Of a DNA stretch of 64,000 nucleotides, positions 28,435 to 38,937 are shown piece after piece. Numbering within the stretch: the stretch's first letter is position 1; each line of letters starts with the position of its first letter. Position numbers and translations under genes: made by a program. The stretch is from Polyangiales bacterium (GTDB lineage: Bacteria > Myxococcota_A > Polyangia > Polyangiales > Ga0077539), in contig JBGARZ010000020.1 in the NCBI GenBank assembly GCA_044229975.1, positions 64,001 to 128,000 of the forward strand. The letters are read 5' to 3'. The notes under the pieces were generated by a model that was not told the DNA's origin, searched no databases, and saw only the letters and a list, made by a program, of their open reading frames with translations.

Positions 28435-29922
28435 CTACCAACCGCGCGGGCGAGACGGCAACCCGCGGCGCCTCCGACGCGCCCCGATCATCAACGCGGC
28501 CACCGCGAACAACGCACCACCCCGACCGTCGCGCGCCCCGACCACGCGACACCCGCAGCTCTCGACTGTGGGCGGCGGCGCCGCGGGCCCACGATCGGCA
28601 GCAGGCGTCCCGGCATCCATCGCGACGTCGACGGTGACATCACGCGCGACGGTTCCGCGGTCGGTGCTCATCACCGGAACATCGAACGCCACATCCGCGG
28701 TCGGCAGCAGGCACCGCATCCCCGCGGCTCCATCCGTCACGGTGCCCGCGTCGATGCTCGCGTCGGGGAAGGTCGGCGTGCGCGGCGCGCTCGCGTCGAT
28801 GCCACGCAGCAGAAGCGTCTGGCCGTTCCAGAGCGAGCCGCACACCCGGCTGACCTCGGTGGTGCTCCCGCAGGCGGGCGCGCTGCCGTCGAGCAGCCGC
28901 AGCGAGAGCAGCGGGTCGATGGTGTCGCCGCCGTCGCGCGAGCGGCCGAGCGCATAGCCGTCCACCGCCTCATCGGCGCACACGAACAGCAGCCCCGCGT
29001 GGTAGCGCAGGCACCGCACGCTCACCTCCGCGGCGGTGCGCACCCACGGCCCGCAGCGCGTCGATCGCTGGATGCCTTCGGCGCGGTCGGCGCTGCCGAT
29101 CCACACCGTCTCGCCGTCGTCCGAGAGCGCGAAGCCCACCATCTCCGCGCGCGTCGCACCGACGACCCGCAGCGTCGCGCCGCCGTCGTCGCTGCGCAGC
29201 AGGAGCGTTCCGGCGCCGCGGATGGCGCGCACGTAGAGCACGTCGGCGCTGCGCGGATCGACCCCCGCCAGGTACACGCCACCATCGGCCCCGGCGAAGT
29301 CGCGGGACACCTCGCGCACGCTTCGTCCACCGTCGTCGCTGCGCAGCATCATCGGGCGCCCGTTGCTGTCGTAGCCCGTGACGTACACCCGGTTGGGGTC
29401 GTTGGGCGCCACGTCGGCGGTCTCGGTGAAGTACCCCGCGAGCGACGCGCCGGCGGTCCAGGTGCGCCCGCCGTCGTTCGAGAGCACCAGCGCGTTGTCA
29501 CCCGTCGGCCCGACGAGCGCGACCATCGAACGCCCATCCGCCGTGTGCGTCACATCGGCGAAGCCGCGGGTGGGCGACGGGCCGTTGACCTGGCTCCATT
29601 CGCAGTAGGCGGGGTCGCTGCCGTAGAGGCCCGTGAAGGTCGCGAGCACGAGGCGCCCGTCGAAGCCGATGGACACCGACGGGTCGCCGCCGGTGGTGTC
29701 GAAGGCCTCCTCGCAGGCCCACGCCCACGACCGCCCGGCGTCGCGCGAGATCATCAAGCCGAAGGTGGTGCGGAGCGTCAGCACGTCGTTGGTCGAGCCG
29801 GGGCCCGCGACGAAATAGTTGGCCGTGGGAAAGCGCCCGTTGGCCTCGGCGCGACCCTCCATCACGAGCGCCGTCACGAGCGCCAACCCTCCGATCACCC
29901 ATCTCTGTCCGCGTGCTGCCAT
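28435..29922 (-). CDS. Secreted BNR/Asp-box beta-propeller protein with a MYXO-CTERM-like tail
   Basis: Signal peptide (AEA/NGRFP); repeated S-x-D-G-G-x-T/S boxes; C-terminal SCGCRVVG + hydrophobic stretch + RRRRR. Confidence 0.8.
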   Translation of the reverse strand: MAARGQRWVIGGLALVTALVMEGRAEANGRFPTANYFVAGPGSTNDVLTLRTTFGLMISRDAGRSWAWACEEAFDTTGGDPSVSIGFDGRLVLATFTGLYGSDPAYCEWSQVNGPSPTRGFADVTHTADGRSMVALVGPTGDNALVLSNDGGRTWTAGASLAGYFTETADVAPNDPNRVYVTGYDSNGRPMMLRSDDGGRSVREVSRDFAGADGGVYLAGVDPRSADVLYVRAIRGAGTLLLRSDDGGATLRVVGATRAEMVGFALSDDGETVWIGSADRAEGIQRSTRCGPWVRTAAEVSVRCLRYHAGLLFVCADEAVDGYALGRSRDGGDTIDPLLSLRLLDGSAPACGSTTEVSRVCGSLWNGQTLLLRGIDASAPRTPTFPDASIDAGTVTDGAAGMRCLLPTADVAFDVPVMSTDRGTVARDVTVDVAMDAGTPAADRGPAAPPPTVESCGCRVVGARDGRGGALFAVAALMIGARRRRRGLPSRPRGW

Positions 29923-30066
29923 GACGCGGTCACCATCGCACGGTCGCGCTCGCGATGACCTGCGTTGTCGCGGTGCGGAGTGTTCGCCCGTCATGGTCAC
30001 CACCGCCCCACCACTGGACCTGAGCGCCGCGACTGAGGCAACCTCCGCCCCGGAGATCCCCCGCGA

Positions 30067-33000
30067 ATGCGTACCCTCTTGCTTCGTTCAGCTGCGCTCT
30101 TGATGTTGTGCCTGGGAGCGGCGGCCTGTGCCGGCGGCCAGGTCGCCGAGATGGACGGCTCGACCCCGACCGACGACTTCACCGTCGCCGACGACTTCGG
30201 GAAGAAGGACCTCGACGCCCCCAACCCCGACTCCCCGCCCGACCCCGGTCGCTGCGGCCAGGCCAGCCAGCGGTGCTGCGGCGGCACGGCCTGTGAGCGC
30301 GGCCTCGACTGTCGCGAGGGCGCGTGCTGTTCGTTGCCCGCGGCGACGTGCACGGCCCCGGGCGAGTGCTGCGACGGGATGCAGTGCATGACGGGTCGCT
30401 GCTGCCACGCCATGGGCGACCGCTGCGAAAACAGCGCCGACTGCTGCGAGGGCACCACCTGCAACGGCGGCACCTGCATGGCGTCGTCGCCGGGCTGCGG
30501 GGCGATGGGCCAGGCGTGCTGCCTGGGCGACACCTGCTCGGCGGGCTTCACCTGCAACGGCGGCATGTGCGCCGTCTGCGGCGGCGCCGGTCAGGCGTGC
30601 TGCCCCGGCGCCACCTGCACGGGCACCCTCGCGTGCATCTCCGACACCTGCCAGATGCCCACCGCGTGCGGCGATCGGCTCCAGCCGTGCTGCGCGGGCA
30701 GCTCGTGCAACAGCGGCCTCACCTGCGACAGCGCGGGCGCTTGCAGCCCGGCCCCCGCGGCCTGCGGCGGCGACGGACAGATGTGCTGCGGCACCGCGTG
30801 CAACCCGGGCCTCGCGTGCAACTCGGGCACCTGCGCGACGCCCGTCGGCGGCGGCGCCTGCGGCAGCAGCGGCGAAGCCTGCTGCGGCGGAACGGCCTGC
30901 AACAGCGGCCTCACCTGCACCAGCGGCCGCTGCATGACGACGTCGGGCGGCGGCAGCGGGGCGTGCGGCGGCAGCGGTGAGACCTGCTGCGGCGGGACGG
31001 CCTGCAACAGCGGCCTGTCGTGCATGGGCGGCTCGTGCTCGGCGACGATGCCCGGCGGCGGCAGCGGGATGATGGGCGGCGGGACGCCCGGCGCGTGCGG
31101 CGCCATCGGTCAGCCGTGCTGCGGGTCGGCGGCGTGCAACATGGGCGCGGTCTGCGCGAGCGGCGTGTGCCGCGCGTCGACGCCGGGCGGCAGTGACGGC
31201 GGGGTGATTCCGGTGGTCGACGCGGGCCCCGGCGGCGGGGCGTGCGGCGGCGACGGCGAGACCTGCTGCGGCGGGACGGCCTGCAACAGCGGCCTCACCT
31301 GCACGTCGGGTTCGTGCACCGCGGGCTCGGGGATGATGCCCTGCGGCGGCGACGGCGAGGCGTGCTGCGGCACGGCGGCGTGCGAGTCGGGGCTCACCTG
31401 CAACACGTCGACCCGGCGCTGCGGCGCCAGCACGACGCCGGTCTGCGGCGGCGACGGGCAGCGGTGCTGCGCGATGGATGCGTGCACCAACCCGGCGTTC
31501 AACTGCGTGGGCGGGTTCTGCCGCAACTGCGGCGCGTCGGGTGCGGCGTGCGGCGCGGGCAACGCCTGCTGCTCCGGCCTCACCTGCTCGGGGACGACCT
31601 GCACCAGCGGCACCACCCCGCTCCCCGCCGGCTCGACCTGCACCCCGGGCGCGATGCCCGGCTGCGCGACCGGAACCATGTGCGCCGACGCCAACGGCAC
31701 CGACCGCTGCTGCCGCGCCGAGACCGGTCGCTGCACCCGCGACACCGAGTGCTGCGGCGAGCTCACCTGCCGCTCGGGCACCTGCCAGCGCAACATGGCC
31801 GGCGGCGGTTGCAGCAGCAACGCCGACTGCACGTCGGGCAACACCTGCCAGAGCGGCGAGTGCCGCCCGATGGCCGAGCCCTGCGTGATGGGCGGCGCGG
31901 CCTGCACCTCCGCGGGCGCGCGCTGCTGCGGCTCGCTGAGCTGCAACGGGACGGGCTCTGCGGGCCGTTGTTGCAGCAACGCGGGCTCGTCGTGCACGGG
32001 CTCGGGCGACTGCTGCAACGGCCTCTCGTGCACCGGCGGCATGTGTGCGTGCCGACCCGCGGGCCAGGCCTGCTCGGCGAGCTCGGACTGCTGCGGCAGC
32101 GCCACCTGCGTGGGCGGGATGTGCCAGTGCCGCGCGCGCGGCCAGAGCTGCTCGGCCAGCAGCGACTGCTGCTCGGGCATGTCGTGCAGCGGCGGCGTGT
32201 GCTCGATGTGCGCGGCGTCGGGCACCACCTGCACGCCCGGCATGGGGACGGCCTGCTGCTCCCCGGCGCAGTGCCGCTCGGAGATCACCACGACGTTCTG
32301 CTGCGTGCAGCAGAACGAGGGCTGCACCCGCGACATCGACTGCTGCGGGTACATGCTCTGCGAGAGCGGCCGCTGCACCTGCCGCAGTGAGGGCCGCGGC
32401 TGCCGCGAGAACAACGAGTGCTGCACGGGCCTCGCGTGCCAGAGCGGCGCGTGCCGACGCGTCGCCATGGACGGCGGGACGGGGGGCGGCGACGGCGGCC
32501 TCAGCATCGACCTGCCGCGCACCGACGGCCCGCGCACCGACGGCACCACCGGCGACGGCGGGATGTGCATCGCGGGCGGCCAGGCGTGCGTGCAGGGGTC
32601 GAGCACCTGCTGCGGCGACTACTCGTGCGCGCAGGAGCCTGCGGGCACGCTCTGCTGCCACCCGGCGATGGGCTCGTGCCGCAACTCCCTCGACTGCTGC
32701 GGGCAGATGCTCTGCAACATCCCGTCGGGCCAGACCATGGGGAGCTGCGTGTGCCGGCGCCGCAACGAGGTGTGCCTCAACAACCTCGACTGCTGCGGCG
32801 GCGCGACCTGCAACCGCCCCGACGGCGGCACCTCGGGCACCTGCGCGTGCAGCCGCGAGTTCGAGACCTGCACCTCCAGCGAGGGCTGCTGCGACGGCCT
32901 CACCTGCCGCAACGGCCGCTGCCTCACCGAGGGCTGCTTCGCGCCGGGCGAGCGCTGCGACAACAGCGACGCCGGGAGCTGCTGCGGCGGCTACGCGTGC

Positions 33001-33324
33001 AACCTCCAGCCGAGCGGCCAGAGCACCTGCTCGCGCGGCCCGGCGCTGGTCGAGAGCGACCCGCCGACCACCTGCATGATGGGCTCGGAGTGCGCGGGTA
33101 GCGTGCTCTGCACCGGCGGCGTGTGCGTGTGTCGGCGCGGCGGCGAGTCGTGCTTCTACTCCAACGACTGCTGCGGCGCGATGCTCTGCATCCGCCCCGG
33201 CGGCGCGCTCATGGGCATGGGCACCTGCCAGTGCCAGGCGAGCGGCAACGGCTGCCGCATCGGCGGGAACGACTGCTGCTCGGGCGCCTGCCGCTCGACG
33301 CCGACCGGCGACCGCTGCCCCTGA
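30067..33324 (+). CDS. Giant cysteine-rich repeat lipoprotein
   Basis: Lipobox AAAC; dozens of 6-Cys modules such as CGGDGETCCGGTACNSGLTCTSGSC and CRARGQSCSASSDCCSGMSCSGGVC. Confidence 0.88.
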   Translation: MRTLLLRSAALLMLCLGAAACAGGQVAEMDGSTPTDDFTVADDFGKKDLDAPNPDSPPDPGRCGQASQRCCGGTACERGLDCREGACCSLPAATCTAPGECCDGMQCMTGRCCHAMGDRCENSADCCEGTTCNGGTCMASSPGCGAMGQACCLGDTCSAGFTCNGGMCAVCGGAGQACCPGATCTGTLACISDTCQMPTACGDRLQPCCAGSSCNSGLTCDSAGACSPAPAACGGDGQMCCGTACNPGLACNSGTCATPVGGGACGSSGEACCGGTACNSGLTCTSGRCMTTSGGGSGACGGSGETCCGGTACNSGLSCMGGSCSATMPGGGSGMMGGGTPGACGAIGQPCCGSAACNMGAVCASGVCRASTPGGSDGGVIPVVDAGPGGGACGGDGETCCGGTACNSGLTCTSGSCTAGSGMMPCGGDGEACCGTAACESGLTCNTSTRRCGASTTPVCGGDGQRCCAMDACTNPAFNCVGGFCRNCGASGAACGAGNACCSGLTCSGTTCTSGTTPLPAGSTCTPGAMPGCATGTMCADANGTDRCCRAETGRCTRDTECCGELTCRSGTCQRNMAGGGCSSNADCTSGNTCQSGECRPMAEPCVMGGAACTSAGARCCGSLSCNGTGSAGRCCSNAGSSCTGSGDCCNGLSCTGGMCACRPAGQACSASSDCCGSATCVGGMCQCRARGQSCSASSDCCSGMSCSGGVCSMCAASGTTCTPGMGTACCSPAQCRSEITTTFCCVQQNEGCTRDIDCCGYMLCESGRCTCRSEGRGCRENNECCTGLACQSGACRRVAMDGGTGGGDGGLSIDLPRTDGPRTDGTTGDGGMCIAGGQACVQGSSTCCGDYSCAQEPAGTLCCHPAMGSCRNSLDCCGQMLCNIPSGQTMGSCVCRRRNEVCLNNLDCCGGATCNRPDGGTSGTCACSREFETCTSSEGCCDGLTCRNGRCLTEGCFAPGERCDNSDAGSCCGGYACNLQPSGQSTCSRGPALVESDPPTTCMMGSECAGSVLCTGGVCVCRRGGESCFYSNDCCGAMLCIRPGGALMGMGTCQCQASGNGCRIGGNDCCSGACRSTPTGDRCP

Positions 33325-33395
33325 TCGCAGCGCGCTCCCACGCCTCGTCGCCGGTCCCTTGATGCGGCGGCGAGGTCGCTGGTAGCGTCCGCGCG

Positions 33396-34013
33396 ATGAA
33401 CGCCCCCACCCGTCACCTCGTCGCTCTCGTCATCGCCGGCAACCTGATGGGCTGTCAGCTCATCAAGAAGTTCACCGACCGCAACCGTGACTCCGGCACC
33501 GTCGCCCCGACGGGCACCACCGTGGTGACGCTCGACGGCGGCATGGTGGTCCCGGTGGTGGCGTACGACGCCGCGATGTGGGGCGACGCGGCCGGTGCCA
33601 TGGCCGCCGCGATGGCCAACGCCGCCGACGCGCAGGCGATGGCCGCGCAGGCGATGGCCAACGCGCAAAACGCTCTCGCCGACGCGGGCGTCCCCGCGGC
33701 TCCCGGCATGGCGCCGGGCGTCGCTCCCGCCGCCGATCCGACCGCTGCTCCCGCGGCTCCGCCTCCCGTGGCCGCCGCCGATCCCGCTGCTGCTCCCGCC
33801 GCACCGCCTCCCGTCGCCGCGGCTGACCCTGCGCCCGCCGCGCCCCCGCCCGCGGCCGACCCCGCGCCCGCTGCGCCCGTCGCTGCCCCGGCGGACGAGC
33901 GCCACCACCGCAGCAGCGGCAGCGACTTCTGCCGTCGTCACCCCGGCGAGTTCAACCAGCGCACGGGGCAGATCTGCCCCAACGCCCTCGGCTCCCACAA
34001 CCTCGGGCGCTGA
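33396..34013 (+). CDS. Ala/Pro-rich lipoprotein
   Basis: Lipobox LMGC; repeated AADPAAAPAAPPPV; C-terminal Cys pair. Confidence 0.7.
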   Translation: MNAPTRHLVALVIAGNLMGCQLIKKFTDRNRDSGTVAPTGTTVVTLDGGMVVPVVAYDAAMWGDAAGAMAAAMANAADAQAMAAQAMANAQNALADAGVPAAPGMAPGVAPAADPTAAPAAPPPVAAADPAAAPAAPPPVAAADPAPAAPPPAADPAPAAPVAAPADERHHRSSGSDFCRRHPGEFNQRTGQICPNALGSHNLGR

Positions 34014-34016
34014 CCG

Positions 34017-34568
34017 TCAGTCCGCGGCGGCGAGGTCGACGCGGATGGCGTCGACCAGCGTCGCCAGCCGTTCAAAGCCGAGGCCCGCGTGACGCGCGAT
34101 GACCTCCAGGGTCTTGAGCTCCACCTGGCTCAGGCCCTCCGAGGCGCACGCCACGCCCGCCGCGAGATAGACGCCCGCCTCGGCGACGTCGTTGGCCCGC
34201 AGCACCTTGCCCACGGCCTCGCAGCGCGCGGCTGCTCCGTCGCGGGACAGCGACGCCGTAAACCCGCTCATCATGGCGTCGACGTCGTCGGCCAGGATGC
34301 CGTCGTCGGAGAGCGCGAGCAGCGCCCGGTGCAGGTGGGCCCGCTCGGCGCGGTCGAAGCGCCCGTCGGCCTTCGCGATGAGGTACGCCGCCTCGAACAC
34401 CGCGCAGAACAACTGCGCCGACGCGGGGTCGAGCCGCGACAGCCACGGCCGCGCGTCGAAGCCCGCCACGAACCCGCTCACACCCCCGACCGCGTCCATC
34501 TGCGGCGCGTGCGAACGGAGGTGCTGCGCCAGCGGTCGCAGTCTCTGGAGCAAGCGTTGAAAGCCCAT
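34017..34568 (-). CDS. TerB-like domain protein
   Basis: YLIAKADGRFDRAER and VACASEGLSQVE, both TerB-type motifs. Confidence 0.7.
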   Translation of the reverse strand: MGFQRLLQRLRPLAQHLRSHAPQMDAVGGVSGFVAGFDARPWLSRLDPASAQLFCAVFEAAYLIAKADGRFDRAERAHLHRALLALSDDGILADDVDAMMSGFTASLSRDGAAARCEAVGKVLRANDVAEAGVYLAAGVACASEGLSQVELKTLEVIARHAGLGFERLATLVDAIRVDLAAAD

Positions 34569-34596
34569 GAGCGACCTCTCGGGACGCCCCGCGGCG

Positions 34597-36048
34597 TCAG
34601 TGCGGGAGCACCTTCACGTACAGCCCGACGCCCACGCCCACGAGCAGCAGCACGGCGACGACCGCGAGCAGCGCCGCGGGAAACTTCTTCGCGTCACCGC
34701 CGGTGGTGGGCGGCTGTTCGAGCTGCGTGTACGTCTGCACGCGCGGCGCGGCGGGCCGCACCTCGGGAGCCTTCGGGGCGACCTCCGGGGCGTCGCCTTC
34801 GAGCTCGTCGGCGAGGTTGCCCGCGGCCGACGTCGCTGCCCCGGAGTCGGAGTCTCGCGGCGCCTCCCAGGCCGCGCCCACGCGGCTCGGGCGGCCGTCG
34901 TCGTCGAGCATGTTGGCCCACTCGCCGACGTTCTCGAACTCGCCCGCGTCGAGCGGTCGCGCGCCGTCGTCGCTGGGGTTGACCCCGCTGGCGTTGCCCT
35001 TCGCGGCGGGCGACGGGCTGTGCGGATCGTCGAGCGACGTGAAGCGCAGCAGCTCTTCCTGGATGAGCTGGTCGATGACCGAGCCGTCCTTCTTGCTGCC
35101 GACCACCGTCGCGTTGCGCGAACGCTCGGCGACCACCTCGCCCACGGCCCGCGCGAGGTCGCCGGCGCCCACCCGCATCTTGTTGGAGAAGATGAAGTCG
35201 AGCAGCGCCTCGCTGAAGGCCGCCCCGTCGGCGAAGCGCGCCTTCTTGTCCTTGGCGAGCGCGACCCCGATGAGGTCTTCGAGCTCCTGCGGCACCGCGG
35301 GGTTGAGCGAGCGCAGCGACGGGATCACCGCCTGCTGCACCAGCTTCACGGTCTGGAAGTCGGTCTCGCCCTGGAAGAGCTTCCGCCCCGCGAGCATCTC
35401 CCAGAGCATGATGCCCACGGCGAAGATGTCGGCCTGCGGATCGGCCTCCTGCCCCATCGCCGTCTCGGGCGCGAGGTAGCTGAACTTCCCCTTCACCACG
35501 CCCGGCTCGGTCTTCTCGACGGAGTGCGCGGCCTTGGCGAGACCGAAGTCCACGATCTTCACCTCGCCCTGTCGCGAGATGAGGACGTTGGGCGGAGAGA
35601 TGTCGCGGTGGACGACGTGCAGGTGCTGCCCGTCGGAGTCGTGCAGGTTGTGGGCGTACTGCAATCCCTCGCAGACCTTGATGGCGATGTGACACGCCAG
35701 GGCCATCGGGAAGGGCTGCTTCTTGTGGCGGATGTTCTCGATGAGGTGCTTGAGGTTCACCCCGTCGATGAACTCCATCACGATGAAGTAGGTGTTTTCG
35801 ACGCGGCCGATGTCGAACACCTGCACGATGTTGGCGTGCGAGAGGCGCGCGCTCAGCCGCGCCTCATCCAGGAACATCCGGATGAACTTCTCGTTGGACG
35901 CCAGGTGCGGCAGCACGCGCTTGATGGCGACGAGCTTCTTGAAGCCCGCGACGCTGACGGCCTCCCCCCGGAAGACCTCCGCCATACCGCCGGATTCAAG
36001 GCGTTCGGTGACTCGATAGCTGCTCTGCGCCCGTGCTTCGGAGGCCAT
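34597..36048 (-). CDS. Hanks-type Ser/Thr protein kinase with a C-terminal TM helix
   Basis: GGMAEVF, VAIK, HRDISPPN, DFG, GKFSYLAPE, DIFAVG. Confidence 0.95.
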   Translation of the reverse strand: MASEARAQSSYRVTERLESGGMAEVFRGEAVSVAGFKKLVAIKRVLPHLASNEKFIRMFLDEARLSARLSHANIVQVFDIGRVENTYFIVMEFIDGVNLKHLIENIRHKKQPFPMALACHIAIKVCEGLQYAHNLHDSDGQHLHVVHRDISPPNVLISRQGEVKIVDFGLAKAAHSVEKTEPGVVKGKFSYLAPETAMGQEADPQADIFAVGIMLWEMLAGRKLFQGETDFQTVKLVQQAVIPSLRSLNPAVPQELEDLIGVALAKDKKARFADGAAFSEALLDFIFSNKMRVGAGDLARAVGEVVAERSRNATVVGSKKDGSVIDQLIQEELLRFTSLDDPHSPSPAAKGNASGVNPSDDGARPLDAGEFENVGEWANMLDDDGRPSRVGAAWEAPRDSDSGAATSAAGNLADELEGDAPEVAPKAPEVRPAAPRVQTYTQLEQPPTTGGDAKKFPAALLAVVAVLLLVGVGVGLYVKVLPH

Positions 36049-36196
36049 GGGGAGGGATTACGATCCGATCGTGGAGAGAAGGGCAACTTCGGGGCTGAAA
36101 GGGACTAGCAACGACAGTGCCCCGACGCGGCGAGGGGTGTCAAGCCGCCGGGGCGTTGACCCGATCGCGGTGCGCGCGGTAGGTGCCTCGCCCGCA

Positions 36197-38770
36197 ATGA
36201 ACGGCCATCGCGCCTGCTCCCGGGGACATCGTTGTGGCGGGCGCGTCCCCGCTGATCCGTCGAGCGGCCCGCGGCCCTTCGCGTTGCCCGGCGACCCCGA
36301 GCACTACCGTCGTCCGCGACCCTTCGACGTCACGCACCTGCACCTCGCCGTGCACCTCCGCGTCGCCACCCGCTCCGTCGAGGCCGTCGCCTCGCTCACC
36401 ATCGCGCGACGCGACCCGACGGCCCGCGTGCTCCCGCTCGATGCCGTGGGCTTCACGGTGGAATCTGTCTCACTCGTGGCAACCGGCGACACGCTGCCCT
36501 TCGCCTACGACGGCGAGACACTCCAGGTGACCGTCGGCGAGCTCACCACTGGTGTCATCAAGGTTCGATACAGCGCCACCCCGCGGCGCGGTCTGTACTT
36601 CCTCGCGCCCGACGACGACGCGCCGAAGCGCCCCGCGCAGGTGTGGTCGCAGTGCCAGGACGAAGACGCGCGCCACTGGTTTCCCTGCCACGACGCGCCC
36701 GACATGCGGATGACCACCGAGCTGGAGGTGCACGCCCCGAAGGGATGGACGGTGCTCTCCAACGGCGCGCTCGTCTCGCGCTCGCCCGCCGGGTCCGACG
36801 AGCAGTGGCACTGGCGCCACGATGCTCCGCACCCGAGCTACCTCGTCACCCTCGTCGCCGGAACCTTCTCCGAGCTCGACGCCACCCGCGACCCGGCGCT
36901 GCCCGTTCGCTACTACGTCGACCCCGACCGCGAGGCCGACGGGTGGCGCTCGCTCGGCCGCACGCCCGACATGATCGAGCACTTCGCGGCGCTCACTGGC
37001 GTCGCGTATCCGTGGGCGAAGTACGACCAGGTGACGGTTCACGACTTCACCTTCGGCGGCATGGAGAACACCTCCATCAGCACGCTCACCGAGCGCTGCC
37101 TCGTCGACGAGCGCGCCGCCCTCGACGCGACCGCCGACGACCTCGTCGCGCACGAGCTCGCGCACCAGTGGTTCGGTGATCTCGTGACGTGCCGCGACTG
37201 GTCGCACGCGTGGTTGAACGAGGGCTTCGCGACCTTCTTCGAGCACCTCGACATGGAGCGGAAGGAGGGACGCGACGCGTACCTCTTCAACCTCAAGCAG
37301 CACGCCGACGCGTACTTCGGTGAGGACGACCGCTACCGTCGCCCCGTGGTGTGCGCGACCTGGGGCGCCCCCATCGACCTCTTCGACCGGCACCTCTACG
37401 AGAAGGGCGGTTGGGTGCTCCACATGCTGCGGAGCGAGCTCGGCGACGAGACCTTCTGGGCGGGAGTGAAGGAGTACCTCACGCGCCACCGCGGCCGCTC
37501 GGTGGAGACCCGCGACCTCGAACGCGCCTTCGAAGACGTCTCCGGTCGCTCGCTCGGCGGCTTCTTCCAGCAATGGATCTACCGCGCGGGTCACCCGGAG
37601 ATCGAGGCCGACGCGCGCTACGACGCCGAGACCTCGCTTCTGCACGTCACGCTGCGACAGACGCAGACCGTCGATGCCACCACTCCGTGCTTCCGCCTCG
37701 CGGTGCGGGTCGTGGTGGTTCCCTTCGCGGGCGAAGAGCGCACGTACACCCTCGACCTCGACGAGCGCACGCGCACCTTCGCGCTGCCCTGCCCGCTGGC
37801 GCCGCAGTGGGTGGCCGTCGACCCCGAAGGAACACTGCTGGCGAAGCTCACCCTCAAGCTCCCGGCGGTGATGCTGCGCGCGGCGCTCGCGGGCGATCCG
37901 CGCGCGGTGGTGCGCTGGCGCTCGGCGGCGGCGCTCACGCAGCACGACGACGAGGCGACCGTCGCGGCGCTGGAGAAGGCCGTGCGCGGCGACGCGTTCT
38001 GGGGCGTGTCGACGGAGGCGGCGCGGGCGCTGGGCGAGCTGCGGGGGCGGGCGGCGTGGGGCGCGCTGGCGCTCTCCATCGACCACGCGCACCCGAAGGT
38101 GCGGCGCGCGGTGGTGCGGGCGCTCGGCGAGTTTCGCACCGAAGCATCCGCGGCTTTGTTGCTGGCGCGGATGGCGCTCGGCGACGCGAGCTGGCTGGTG
38201 GAGTCGGAGCTGGCGCGCGCGGCGGGTCGCACCCGTCGGTCGTCCGCGTACGAGCCGCTCGTGGCGCAGCTCACGCGCGAGAGCTGGCGCGACGTGGTGC
38301 GCTGCGGCGCCATCGACGGGCTCGGTGCGCTGCGCGACGAGCGGGCGATTCCGGCGGTGCTGGCGCTGACGTCGCCGCGGTCGACGGCGGCGGCGCGGCG
38401 CTCGGCGGTGGGGGCGCTGGCCGAGCTCGGCGAAGACCGGCGCGACGTGCGCGAGGCGCTGGAGCAGATGCTCGACGAGCGCGACCCGTACCTGGTGCCC
38501 GAGGTGCTGCGAGCGCTCGGGCGGCTGCGCGACGCGGCGTCGACGGAGGCGGTCTCGCGGGCGCTGCGGGTGACCGACGACGGGCGCGTGCGGCGGGCGG
38601 CGCGAGAGACGCTGCGAGCGCTCCAGACGCGCGATGGCGGCGACGAGCTGCGGCGGCTGCGCGACGAGATCGAGGCGCTGCGCGACGAGCTGCGGGGCGT
38701 CCGCGATCAGGTCGCGGCGGCGGCGGCGACCCGGCAGACCGACCGACCGGGACCCAGGCGCAAGCGCTGA
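36197..38770 (+). CDS. pepN: M1 family aminopeptidase with C-terminal HEAT repeats
   Basis: GGMEN, HELAHQWFG...WLNEGFA, YEKG; HEAT repeats and a coiled-coil tail. Confidence 0.9.
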   Translation: MNGHRACSRGHRCGGRVPADPSSGPRPFALPGDPEHYRRPRPFDVTHLHLAVHLRVATRSVEAVASLTIARRDPTARVLPLDAVGFTVESVSLVATGDTLPFAYDGETLQVTVGELTTGVIKVRYSATPRRGLYFLAPDDDAPKRPAQVWSQCQDEDARHWFPCHDAPDMRMTTELEVHAPKGWTVLSNGALVSRSPAGSDEQWHWRHDAPHPSYLVTLVAGTFSELDATRDPALPVRYYVDPDREADGWRSLGRTPDMIEHFAALTGVAYPWAKYDQVTVHDFTFGGMENTSISTLTERCLVDERAALDATADDLVAHELAHQWFGDLVTCRDWSHAWLNEGFATFFEHLDMERKEGRDAYLFNLKQHADAYFGEDDRYRRPVVCATWGAPIDLFDRHLYEKGGWVLHMLRSELGDETFWAGVKEYLTRHRGRSVETRDLERAFEDVSGRSLGGFFQQWIYRAGHPEIEADARYDAETSLLHVTLRQTQTVDATTPCFRLAVRVVVVPFAGEERTYTLDLDERTRTFALPCPLAPQWVAVDPEGTLLAKLTLKLPAVMLRAALAGDPRAVVRWRSAAALTQHDDEATVAALEKAVRGDAFWGVSTEAARALGELRGRAAWGALALSIDHAHPKVRRAVVRALGEFRTEASAALLLARMALGDASWLVESELARAAGRTRRSSAYEPLVAQLTRESWRDVVRCGAIDGLGALRDERAIPAVLALTSPRSTAAARRSAVGALAELGEDRRDVREALEQMLDERDPYLVPEVLRALGRLRDAASTEAVSRALRVTDDGRVRRAARETLRALQTRDGGDELRRLRDEIEALRDELRGVRDQVAAAAATRQTDRPGPRRKR

Positions 38771-38787
38771 GGCAACGGGAGGGGCTG

Positions 38788-38815
38788 TTGACGGCGGAGA
38801 CGCGGCGCGTATCCT
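38788..38815 (+). promoter_or_regulatory. Possible sigma70-type promoter for the RRM gene
   Basis: TTGACG-N16-TATCCT about 120 bp upstream of ATG 38938. Confidence 0.35.
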
Positions 38816-38937
38816 CCGCCCCCGTTGCGCTCCGATGAGTCATCGGGCGGCGCACAATCCTTTCCATTCCCTCCCACCACGATCCGTTCGCGGACGAATA
38901 CAAGACCCCATAAAAGGCGATTCTGGAGAACCATCGG

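Noticed and set aside
33700..33900. Non-coding repeat element in the Ala/Pro-rich stretch
   Set aside because: In-frame low-complexity coding repeats of the lipoprotein linker.
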